Source: Synechocystis sp. PCC 6803 substr. PCC-P (GTDB lineage: Bacteria > Cyanobacteriota > Cyanobacteriia > Cyanobacteriales > Microcystaceae). From it: DNA of 32,000 nucleotides. The notes under the pieces were generated by a model that did not search any database, had not been told where the DNA came from, and saw nothing but the letters and a program-made list of their open reading frames with translations. A program made the translations under genes and the position numbers. The number at the start of each line of letters is the position of its first letter. Position 1 is the stretch's first letter. The stretch lies in NCBI RefSeq assembly GCF_000284455.1, contig NC_017039.1, positions 2,280,001 to 2,312,000 of the forward strand. Direction: 5' to 3'. Positions 22,388 through 30,489 of the stretch are shown here, in pieces.

Positions 22388-23712
22388 GTCGCTGGGTTTC
22401 CCTTGGCTCCAAAGACGAAGGTGAGGCAAAAATCCCATCCCTGGGGTTTTCGTTCCAATTGGATACTACGAATAAACTCCCGGAAGTAAAAACGGCGTTC
22501 CGTTTCCGACAGGTCTCGCCAAAATTGCGGTAGGGAAACGGCAGGAATGATGCGTTGCAATTCGTCCGGGGGCATTTGGTCCAACTGTTGTTGTAGCTGG
22601 GCCAGGTCTTGTTTCAGTTGGTACCGGCGCAGTTGATGAGTGTGGCTGTCCAGTACGCCCCGCTGTTCCCAGGTGGGTAGTTGCTCGAGTAAACTCTGTT
22701 TTTCAACGATCGCCTGTTGTAAATGCTGATACTCGGTGCCCAGGGAAGACGGGGATAACTGGGCCACAGCCAGGGGCAACTGCTGACAAATTTGCTTAAT
22801 TACCTGTTCTAACAATTGTCCATAGGCGATCGCCTGGCATTGTGGTTGTTCGGGACAATGGCGGGGCCGGAGATAAAGATAGGCCTTGCTTTGATGACGG
22901 GATGTCACATGGGCCACCACCCAGGGGGTCTGGCAACGGCCACAACTCACTAAACCAGCTAAGGAACGGGGGGCACTGGCGGTGCGGCGTGGTAGAGGAG
23001 CGTTACGGCGTAGGAGGCGGTCAATTTGGGCTGCTTCAGTGCGGCTTAATAAAGGGGCATGGGTATCGGCAATGACGGTTTGATTTTGGTAGAGCAAATC
23101 CCCCCGATACACGGGATGGCTTAACCAACGTCGTCCGGTGGCCACGGCAATTTTCTTGCCATAGGTCTGTTCCAAATAGCGGACAGAGCTCCGCAGGCAA
23201 CCAGAGAGGATAAATTTTTCAAAAAATGCTTTCACTACCGGAGCTGTCGCCCGGTCCACCACATAATGGCCAGAACTACGACGATAACCATAGGGCGCTT
23301 TACCAGGGGGAGGAGCTAAAGCTAAACGATTACGGGCGTGGCCTCGGCGGAGACTATCTTTGCGTTGTTCTTGCTCTAGGTTGGCCCACAGTTCTGACCA
23401 TTGTTGTCTGGCGATCGCCATTTCGGCCTTGCCATGGTTCTGATAATCCTGCTCTAGGGCGATGACCGTGATGCCATAATTTTCCAATTGGGTCAAAGTT
23501 TGGCTGACTTCGGCGGTGGACTGGCCCAATTCATTGAGATTTCTAACCAGACAATAATCAATGCTCTGATTTTGGCAATGCTCCAACAGTTGCCCCAGGG
23601 CTGACCTTTCCCCTAGATCCACATAAACTTGGTCCACCTCCACTCCCCAAATCTGAGGATCCGGTGCTGGTTCCAACAGGCGATCAGAATAAACGTAGGC
23701 AACAATACGCAT
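22384..23712 (-). CDS. Serine-recombinase-like protein, probably catalytically degenerate (442 aa)
   Basis: Resolvase-like N-terminal domain (MRIVAYVYSD...YCLVRNLNELGQS), recombinase domain (PPPGKAPYGYRR...GRRWLSHPVYRGDLLY), zinc-ribbon-like CGRC...CPEQPQC, and a Q/L/E-rich coiled coil. Confidence 0.85.
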   Translation of the reverse strand: MRIVAYVYSDRLLEPAPDPQIWGVEVDQVYVDLGERSALGQLLEHCQNQSIDYCLVRNLNELGQSTAEVSQTLTQLENYGITVIALEQDYQNHGKAEMAIARQQWSELWANLEQEQRKDSLRRGHARNRLALAPPPGKAPYGYRRSSGHYVVDRATAPVVKAFFEKFILSGCLRSSVRYLEQTYGKKIAVATGRRWLSHPVYRGDLLYQNQTVIADTHAPLLSRTEAAQIDRLLRRNAPLPRRTASAPRSLAGLVSCGRCQTPWVVAHVTSRHQSKAYLYLRPRHCPEQPQCQAIAYGQLLEQVIKQICQQLPLAVAQLSPSSLGTEYQHLQQAIVEKQSLLEQLPTWEQRGVLDSHTHQLRRYQLKQDLAQLQQQLDQMPPDELQRIIPAVSLPQFWRDLSETERRFYFREFIRSIQLERKPQGWDFCLTFVFGAKGNPAT

Positions 23713-23732
23713 GGCGACAGGTTGTAAAAACC

Positions 23733-24056
23733 CTATAAAAACCGGTCTAGGGCTTCCTTCAACTCCGCCAACTCCTGCTCAATATTGCCTTCCGCCGCCG
23801 CCCTGGTGATGCACTCATTCATGTGGTCATCCAAAATTAATCTAGCCACCCGGTCTAATGCCCCCCGGACTGCCGCCACCTGAATTAACACCTCTGGGCA
23901 GGGACGATTTTCCTGCACCATGGTTTTCACTCCCCGAATATGGCCTTCAATGCGGGAGAGGCGATTAACTAACTTTTGTAAGGATTCTTGGCTGTGGACA
24001 TGGGGATGGGCGTGACTATGGCGGGCAGAAGGATGGGGTACGGGTTGGGAAGTCAT
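23733..24056 (-). CDS. inrS: CsoR/RcnR-family nickel-responsive repressor InrS (107 aa)
   Basis: MTSQPVPHPSARHSHAHPHVHSQESLQKLVNRLSRIEGHIRGVKTMVQ... with His21, Cys53, His78 and Cys82 at the numbering described for InrS. Track ORF over-extends to 24245. Confidence 0.93.
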   Translation of the reverse strand: MTSQPVPHPSARHSHAHPHVHSQESLQKLVNRLSRIEGHIRGVKTMVQENRPCPEVLIQVAAVRGALDRVARLILDDHMNECITRAAAEGNIEQELAELKEALDRFL

Positions 24057-24174
24057 ACGTTCAATATTTGTCGATATTTGCCGATAAAACCATTGCCCAA
24101 TTAGACAATTTTTCTTGATGTTAGCGGGGGGGAGAATTTTGCGTCGCTGATGGCTTATTTTCGGGAGGACACCT

Positions 24175-24429
24175 TTAGCCCAATAGCTTATCGTAGTCTT
24201 CGTGTGTACCAATCCAAAACCACACATAGCCGTCATCGGTTTCAACCGACAATGCTCGATAATCTAAGGTGACTCGAACAGACCATAATTCTCCCACTTT
24301 TTTGAAATGGAGTGAGGGATGGCGAGGATTTTGGTTGAGTAATTGATAAGCCTTATCTGCCCGTCTCTGAATTTCTTCTGGCAGATGCCGATAACAAAAC
24401 CAGAAATCAGAGTTAGTGTGGTGGTTCAA
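24175..24429 (-). CDS. RelE/ParE-superfamily toxin-like protein (84 aa)
   Basis: FWFCYRHLPEEIQRRADKAYQLLNQNPRHPSLHFKKVGELWSVRVTLDYRALSVE...WFWIGTHEDYDKLL. Apparent TTG start overlaps the antitoxin stop. Confidence 0.8.
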   Translation of the reverse strand: MNHHTNSDFWFCYRHLPEEIQRRADKAYQLLNQNPRHPSLHFKKVGELWSVRVTLDYRALSVETDDGYVWFWIGTHEDYDKLLG

Positions 24430-24626
24430 AGCACTTTTGTCCGACCAGCGTTATGGTCTGCCAATGCCTTTTCCGCTAAGGCTTTTAGCTTACCAGACTT
24501 AGAGTCTTGCTCAATTTGACGATCCCATGCATGCCAATCGTACTCGTGGAACCATACGCGGAATTTGGCGAAATCCGAGGGACTTAGCTGTTTAACTTGT
24601 CTTTCAATTTGTTCTAAGTTACTCAT
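24426..24626 (-). CDS. Cognate antitoxin-like protein (66 aa)
   Basis: Small ORF immediately upstream of the toxin with a 4-nt overlap; MSNLEQIERQVKQLSPSDFAKFRVWFHEYDWHAWDRQIEQDSKSGKLKALAEKALADHNAGR matches cyanobacterial RelE-partner antitoxins. Confidence 0.75.
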   Translation of the reverse strand: MSNLEQIERQVKQLSPSDFAKFRVWFHEYDWHAWDRQIEQDSKSGKLKALAEKALADHNAGRTKVL

Positions 24627-24675
24627 CAAATTTATCAATACCCTAGCTAGGTTTGGCGTTACAAGATTATTCTAC

Positions 24676-26298
24676 TCAGACGTCAACTTTAGCAAAAAAA
24701 TCCAAGGCGATCGCCTCTGCTACCTTAATGCCATCAATGCCAGCGGATAAAATGCCCCCAGCGTAACCAGCCCCTTCCCCAGCAGGGTAAAGGCCAACGG
24801 TGTTAATGCTTTGGAAATCATCTCCCCGTTTAATGCGAATGGGAGAAGATGTTCTAGTTTCCACCCCAGTTAACACAGCATCATCCATGGCAAAACCCCG
24901 GATTTTTTTATCAAAAGCAGGAATGGCTTCCCGCAAAGCGGCGATCGCATAATCGGGCAAACTTTCCCCTAGGTTGACTAGTTTTACCCCCGGTTTATAG
25001 GAAGGTAGAACGAAGCCAAATTTAGTGGAAGGCCGATTGGCTAGGAAATCCCCCACCAGTTGCCCCGGTGCTTGGTAGTTTTCTCCCCCCAACTGGAAAG
25101 CCCGCTCCTCCCAAAATCTCTGCAAAGCAATGCCCGCTAAGGGATGATCTGGATAATCCACTTCCGGAGTGATGCCCACCACAATGGCGCTGTTAGCATT
25201 GGCTTCATCCCGGGCGTATTCACTCATGCCGTTGGTGACTAATCGACCTGGTTCCGAGGCGGCAGCCACCACTTTTCCCCCCGGACACATGCAAAAGCTG
25301 TAAACCGATCGCCCGTTTTGGCAATGGTGAACTAATTTATAATCGGCGGAACCAAGGCGGGGATGGCCAGCTTGCGTCCCAAAACGACATTGATCTATTA
25401 AAGATTGAGGATGCTCAATGCGAAAACCAATGGAAAAGGGTTTTGCTTCGATATAAACTCCCCGTTCAAATAACATTTTAAAAGTGTCCCTGGCACTATG
25501 TCCCACCGCTAGCACCACATGGTTAGTGGCAATATAATCGCCATTTTCTAGGGTTACTCCCTGCACTTGATTATCTTTGATATTTATGTCAGTAACATGG
25601 CTTTGAAAATGAATTTCTCCCCCCAACTCTTCTATGGTGGAGCGCAAATTTTGCACAATTTTAACGAGGCGATAGGTGCCAATGTGGGGACGATTAATAT
25701 AAAGAATTTCTGGATCGGCTCCGGCCTTAACAAATTCCTCCAACACTTTGCGACCGTAATGGTTTGGGTCCCGCACCTGACTGTAAAGTTTGCCATCGGA
25801 AAAAGTTCCTGCTCCCCCCTCCCCAAACTGCACGTTGGATTCAGCATGGAGTTTTCCTTTCACCCAAAAGCGAAATGTGTCCACACTGCGGTCCCGTACC
25901 GATTTGCCCCGCTCCAAAATAATCGGTTTCAGACCCATCTGGGCCAGTAGTAAACCGGCAAACATGCCACAGGGTCCCGTGCCAATCACAATGGGCCGTT
26001 TTCCCTCAAATTTTTGATCGGGCTTAACCTGGGCAACAAGTTTATAGGTTGTATCAGGACTGGGGATTATTTGGCGATCGCCGGCCAATTTGTTCAGTAG
26101 TTTTTGCTCTAGGGGCGTTACTACATCAACAATGTAAACCAAAAGAATTTGCCCCCGTTTGCGGGCATCATAACTACGTTTAAAAATGGTGTAACTGGTT
26201 AATTCTTTGCTGCTAACACCTAACTTTTTTAAGATAGCCTCTTCCAAAGCTATATCGTCATGGTCTAGGGGTAGTTTGATTTCACTAATGCGTAACAT
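24676..26298 (-). CDS. Uncharacterised FAD-dependent dehydrogenase (COG2509-like) (540 aa)
   Basis: PIVIGTGPCGMFAGLLLAQMGLKPIILERG dinucleotide fold, FGEGGAGTFSDGKLYSQV, GEGAGYAGGILSAGIDGIKVAEAI. Confidence 0.85.
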   Translation of the reverse strand: MLRISEIKLPLDHDDIALEEAILKKLGVSSKELTSYTIFKRSYDARKRGQILLVYIVDVVTPLEQKLLNKLAGDRQIIPSPDTTYKLVAQVKPDQKFEGKRPIVIGTGPCGMFAGLLLAQMGLKPIILERGKSVRDRSVDTFRFWVKGKLHAESNVQFGEGGAGTFSDGKLYSQVRDPNHYGRKVLEEFVKAGADPEILYINRPHIGTYRLVKIVQNLRSTIEELGGEIHFQSHVTDINIKDNQVQGVTLENGDYIATNHVVLAVGHSARDTFKMLFERGVYIEAKPFSIGFRIEHPQSLIDQCRFGTQAGHPRLGSADYKLVHHCQNGRSVYSFCMCPGGKVVAAASEPGRLVTNGMSEYARDEANANSAIVVGITPEVDYPDHPLAGIALQRFWEERAFQLGGENYQAPGQLVGDFLANRPSTKFGFVLPSYKPGVKLVNLGESLPDYAIAALREAIPAFDKKIRGFAMDDAVLTGVETRTSSPIRIKRGDDFQSINTVGLYPAGEGAGYAGGILSAGIDGIKVAEAIALDFFAKVDV

Positions 26299-26342
26299 TT
26301 AAGAAACTTACTGAATAGGCATTTTTTTTGAACTCAGTCTGT

Positions 26343-27197
26343 TTATGGAGAAACAACCGCATCATCGACCGCATACTTTGTGATCAATTCCTGGATACAT
26401 CCACTTTTTTTTAGTTCACTGATAAAAGACTGGAGATAGCTTAGCCCTTGGGGGCGGCCTTTTCCTGTGGCCATGGCCTGATGAATAATCATAAAAGATG
26501 TTGATAAAATCCTTAATCCACCATAGCGCTTCATGTCCGCCACCAACTGGTTGCGAATTCCTGCCCCAACTGGAAATTTGTGGGCGAGCATAAAACCTGT
26601 TACCTCGGGAGATGTCGGGGCCTGGACGAGGTGGGCATGGTGAATATTCCGATCCAAGAAAAGGTTATAAACACTGTTCTTGCCAACAACTATCTGAATG
26701 CCGGCACGATCCACATCAGCCAGGGTTAGGATTGGGGAATCTTGTCTGACGATATAAGCACCTTCAATTTGAATGTAGGGGTTGGTGTAATCTACACTTT
26801 CAGCCCGCCAAGGATCCACCCCAAAGAAGCCAATATCAGATAAATTTTTACTTACCCTTTCAAAGGAAACAGCCGCAGCTTGGACTACGGTAAATTCACT
26901 GGGAACCCCTAGCCCTTTTGCCAGTAAATGGGCAATATCAACGGAGATACCAAAAGGGCCAAAGTCATCAGCTTCGGTTGCAAGAACATAGTTGCCAGTA
27001 TTAATGGCAACCCGGAGTGTCCCTGTGGGAGTTAGCTCCCGAATGGCCGCAGTAGATGGCTGAGGCAAATTGGTTGCTTGGCAAGTCGTCGGCGCAAGGG
27101 GAGGGACAGCCTCAGCATGGGCAGAGGTTTGCCCCAAACCAAGATAGAGCGGACTGGCTAGGCCAAGGATTAGTAAACATTTCCGAAATAAATTCAT
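26343..27197 (-). CDS. Secreted family-3-like solute-binding protein (284 aa)
   Basis: Signal peptide MNLFRKCLLILGLASPLYLGLGQTSAHAEA; TLRVAINTGNYVLATEADDFGPFGISVDIAHLLAKGLGV...YTNPYI matches the SBP_bac_3 pattern. Confidence 0.78.
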   Translation of the reverse strand: MNLFRKCLLILGLASPLYLGLGQTSAHAEAVPPLAPTTCQATNLPQPSTAAIRELTPTGTLRVAINTGNYVLATEADDFGPFGISVDIAHLLAKGLGVPSEFTVVQAAAVSFERVSKNLSDIGFFGVDPWRAESVDYTNPYIQIEGAYIVRQDSPILTLADVDRAGIQIVVGKNSVYNLFLDRNIHHAHLVQAPTSPEVTGFMLAHKFPVGAGIRNQLVADMKRYGGLRILSTSFMIIHQAMATGKGRPQGLSYLQSFISELKKSGCIQELITKYAVDDAVVSP

Positions 27198-27238
27198 AGG
27201 CGATCACCTTGGCATAAGTGATGAGCAGCGGTGAATGT

Positions 27239-28297
27239 TTAGGGAATACGTTCAAATAAAACGATTTGATCAACACCCTGCTGTCCAGCCCAAATTTTGT
27301 CTCCAACACCGTTCATCTGTAGAGTCTGTACATTCTGTTTATTGCCAGGAAAAACCGTAAATGACATCGTCTCTGGATTAAATTGATGGATTGAATTCGT
27401 TCCAAAATCAGAACTCCAGACCCGGTCTTGGTTATCCACATAGGTCGAATAGCCCCGGGGCCCTAAGCCTGGCAGTTTATAAGAATCCCAACTCTTATTT
27501 TGGGGGTTAAAGCGCATCAAAGCCCCATTTCCCCAAGTTGTGATCCAAATATGACCTTGAGAATCAGACCAAATTCGGCGGGAGCCATTGGCCTTATCAT
27601 CCGGAATCGGAAAAACTTCCGGGAGATAGGTTTTCGTATCAATCCGAGCAATGTAATTCCCCGCCAAACTAGTGTACCAAACTTCCCCCTTGGGAGTTGC
27701 AGTCATTCCATAGGGACCAAATCCCTGGGGAGCAGGGAAAATTTTCATATCTCCAGTACTCGGATCTAAGCGTCCGTAATAGCCATTTTGAGCCGTAAAC
27801 CAGAGAATCCCCTCGCCATCGAATACTGGGGTATTTAAATTGCCGTAACCCATACTGCCGGAGAAGGGAGGGAGTTGAAAAGTCTTAACTTCATGGGTTT
27901 TGCGGTCAAACCGACGAATGGCATTGGATTCATCACAGATCCAAAGTCCTCCATCCGGGCCCATAACTACACCATGGGGATGGGAACCAGTCCCCAATGG
28001 ATAAAGTTTTACTTCGCCGGTTTTAGGATTGAGATGCCCAATGACACCAGACCATTGCCCATTAAACCAAACCGACCCATCGGGATCTGGGGCAACATCC
28101 CGGGTACCAATGCCGGGAACAGTGGGATAAATGGTAACTTTATAACGACTGGCATCATTGCCGATCGCCTCTGGTGCTGGAATCCCAGATGTTTTGTAGG
28201 TTGAGGCCGGCACGGGAGCCGCTAGGGCGGCATCAAAACTAGCAGGCCAAGAAAGAACTAGGGCAATTAGTAGGGATTTAGCTGGAAAGGGACTCAT
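27239..28297 (-). CDS. Secreted virginiamycin-B-lyase-like beta-propeller protein (352 aa)
   Basis: Signal peptide MSPFPAKSLLIALVLSWPASFDAALAA; repeated blades such as GSHPHGVVMGPDGGLWICDESNAIRRFD, GPYGMTATPKGEVWYTSLAGNYIARID, SRRIWSDSQGHIWITTWGNGALMRFNP. Track ORF over-extends to 28372. Confidence 0.8.
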   Translation of the reverse strand: MSPFPAKSLLIALVLSWPASFDAALAAPVPASTYKTSGIPAPEAIGNDASRYKVTIYPTVPGIGTRDVAPDPDGSVWFNGQWSGVIGHLNPKTGEVKLYPLGTGSHPHGVVMGPDGGLWICDESNAIRRFDRKTHEVKTFQLPPFSGSMGYGNLNTPVFDGEGILWFTAQNGYYGRLDPSTGDMKIFPAPQGFGPYGMTATPKGEVWYTSLAGNYIARIDTKTYLPEVFPIPDDKANGSRRIWSDSQGHIWITTWGNGALMRFNPQNKSWDSYKLPGLGPRGYSTYVDNQDRVWSSDFGTNSIHQFNPETMSFTVFPGNKQNVQTLQMNGVGDKIWAGQQGVDQIVLFERIP

Positions 28298-28358
28298 GGC
28301 AGTTATCTCAGTTACTGTAATGGTTGTTATGAACGATGGGCGGGAAACGATGGGCAAA

Positions 28359-28817
28359 CTAACCGCAGCCAATGGCTTCTAGGTCGTAGGTAAACCCTTT
28401 GGACTGGGGATAAAGGCGATAATTTTCCAGAATCTTGACATTAAACACATCCAGAACTTTCCCAGGCTGATTAACTTGTAACGGCCCCCAGACAATTGGA
28501 TTGGTGGAGTCTGGGACGAAAATTGGGGCACCGGACTCAAAAATGGTGTCGTCTGAATATCGAGCAATTAACTGGGTTGGATAACTAGCCCCATCGGTTG
28601 TCACAGGGGTGAGCTTGATCGTAACGGTAGATATTGGGCGAGTAATCAGAAAATAGGTGTTGCCATGGGAGCTAAAACCAAGCTCAGGGCCGATGGTCAC
28701 TCGAACGGTGTTGCCCGCAGTGGAAGATACCTGGGGAGGAAGTGGTGCACAGGTTTCGGCGGCGGCTGTACCAGCAAATAATACAGCGCAGATCATAAAA
28801 ATTAAATTAATTTTCAT
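28359..28817 (-). CDS. Small periplasmic protein of unknown function (152 aa)
   Basis: Signal peptide MKINLIFMICAVLFAGTAAAE; Cys residues near both termini of the mature part. Confidence 0.65.
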   Translation of the reverse strand: MKINLIFMICAVLFAGTAAAETCAPLPPQVSSTAGNTVRVTIGPELGFSSHGNTYFLITRPISTVTIKLTPVTTDGASYPTQLIARYSDDTIFESGAPIFVPDSTNPIVWGPLQVNQPGKVLDVFNVKILENYRLYPQSKGFTYDLEAIGCG

Positions 28818-28936
28818 TGAAAGAAATAATGTACCTTAAATTGACGTGAGTTCGAGATTAGGACTTACTGAAAGCCTTGTCTTTAATCAAGGTTTTCCTC
28901 TCAGAACGTGTTTGAAAAGCGCAAGACTAGGTATTT

Positions 28937-29010
28937 ATCCCCCTAAATCCCACTTAAAAAGGGGGACCTTTGTCACAGTTCCCCCCTTTCCAAGAGGGGC
29001 TAGGGGGGAT
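28937..29010. repeat. 74-bp imperfect palindromic intergenic repeat (G/C-run type)
   Basis: Left arm ATCCCCCTAAATCCCACTTAAAAAGGGGG; reverse complement of the right arm ATCCCCCCTAGCCCCTCTTGGAAAGGGGGG. Each arm itself ends with complementary C/G runs. Confidence 0.75.
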
Positions 29011-29202
29011 TAAACAGCCAAAACTCAACTTTTTAAACGCTTTCTCGGGGCAACCGAAATAGAGCCAGCAAATCCCAACATTGTCAATTTTATTCGTACA
29101 CGCTCCCACCATGGGTTCAAGGCGAACTAAATAAATTTAGGGATCAAACAAAGTCTTTGATTTACTGAGCTTTCTCATTTTTAGCCTTACCCAAAACTCA
29201 GG

Positions 29203-30321
29203 TTAACGAGGTTTTTGCTCGGAACGATAAAAGAGCTTTTTCACAACTTTTATGCCATAAGTTTTACCCCGAACTTCCACTTCCAATTCCTGGCCCACTT
29301 TGGCCAGTTCCGTGGGGACGTAACCCAAGGCGATCGCCTTTTGCAGGGTAGGAGAAAGGGTGCCACTGGTGACAATGCCCATAATTTCGCCGTTGTGGAG
29401 AATAGGATAATCATGGCGGGCAATTTGTTTTGCCAACATCTCCAAGCCCACTAAACGTTTTTCCACTCCATTGGCTTTTTGTTCTGTCAACACCGCACGA
29501 CCAATGAAATCCCCTTTACTATCAAGGTGTACCAACCAACCCAAACCTGCTTCCAGGGGCGTTGTTTCGTCATTCATATCCTGTCCATACAAACCCATGC
29601 CAGCTTCCAACCGTAAGGTATCCCTGGCTCCTAAACCGCAGGGAGTAACACCTTTTGACCCGAAAGTTTGCCAGAGTTGTTTTCCCACTTCTGGGGAAAC
29701 CATAATTTCGAAGCCATCTTCCCCGGTATAACCAGTACGGGCAATGAAGGCTTTTTCCCTGAGAAATTCTGCTTCCAAATGGCCAAAGGCGGGTAATTCA
29801 CCTAAATTCTGATCCACTAAAGGCTGCAAAATTGTAAGTGCCTCTGGGCCTTGGAGGGCAATTAAAACCTTTTCCCTGGATAAATCTTGAAAATCAATCT
29901 CTTCAGGTAAATGCTCCAGTAACCACTGCTTATCCTTGACCGTCGTGGCGGCATTAACAATTAAAGTTACCCGTTCTTGTCCTTCTGGGTTTTTGCCCTG
30001 GTCATAAACAATAATGTCATCAATGATTCCCCCTTGGGCATTCAACAACACAGTGTACTGGGCTTTACCGGGAGTTAAACGGTCTAAATCTGAAGGCACT
30101 AAACTTTGCAATGCTGCCAAAACCTTCTGTCCAGTCAGGACAAACTTCCCCATATGGGAAATATCAAACATCCCCACCTTTTCCCGCACCGCTTGGTGTT
30201 CCTGTTTTAGCCCAGCAAATTGTACCGGCATTTCCCAACCCCCAAAGGTTGTGAGCTTGGTAGTTTGTTCCGTAATGAGGTTGTAAAGGGGAGTACGCAA
30301 GGCAGGGAAAAGATTGGCCAC
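29203..30321 (-). CDS. gcvT: Glycine cleavage system T protein (aminomethyltransferase) (372 aa)
   Basis: TPLYNLITEQTTKLTTFGGWEMPVQFAGLKQEHQAVREKVGMFDISHMGKF and RTGYTGEDGFEI...CGLGARDTLRLEAGMGLYGQDM. GTG start at 30321 chosen over TTG at 30339. Confidence 0.95.
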   Translation of the reverse strand: MANLFPALRTPLYNLITEQTTKLTTFGGWEMPVQFAGLKQEHQAVREKVGMFDISHMGKFVLTGQKVLAALQSLVPSDLDRLTPGKAQYTVLLNAQGGIIDDIIVYDQGKNPEGQERVTLIVNAATTVKDKQWLLEHLPEEIDFQDLSREKVLIALQGPEALTILQPLVDQNLGELPAFGHLEAEFLREKAFIARTGYTGEDGFEIMVSPEVGKQLWQTFGSKGVTPCGLGARDTLRLEAGMGLYGQDMNDETTPLEAGLGWLVHLDSKGDFIGRAVLTEQKANGVEKRLVGLEMLAKQIARHDYPILHNGEIMGIVTSGTLSPTLQKAIALGYVPTELAKVGQELEVEVRGKTYGIKVVKKLFYRSEQKPR

Positions 30322-30396
30322 AATGGTTCCAGGAATCAAAAATCAAAGAAATCAGCAAGTCCTTTCTGCATAATAGATTTTTCCTAAAAAAAGCAC

Positions 30397-30424
30397 AAAA
30401 AATCCCCCTGGTTAAAGGAGGATT
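30397..30424 (-). terminator. Intrinsic terminator of dnaK
   Basis: Minus strand AATCCTCC-TTTAACCA-GGGGGATT followed by TTTT (8-bp stem with one wobble). Confidence 0.75.
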
Positions 30425-30489
30425 ATCGAATCTGATTCCCCCAGTATTGGGGGCTAGGGGACTTTCAATACAGGTTTTAAAACCCAGAC

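Noticed and set aside
22384-23712. Evidence for an integrated mobile element or excision element
   Set aside because: No att-like direct repeats, cargo genes, transposase or disrupted host gene could be seen around the recombinase-like gene; neighbours are core genes.
30322-30489. Possible glycine riboswitch upstream of gcvT
   Set aside because: Only about 75 nt separate the dnaK terminator from the gcvT start, and I see no glycine-aptamer-like conserved core.
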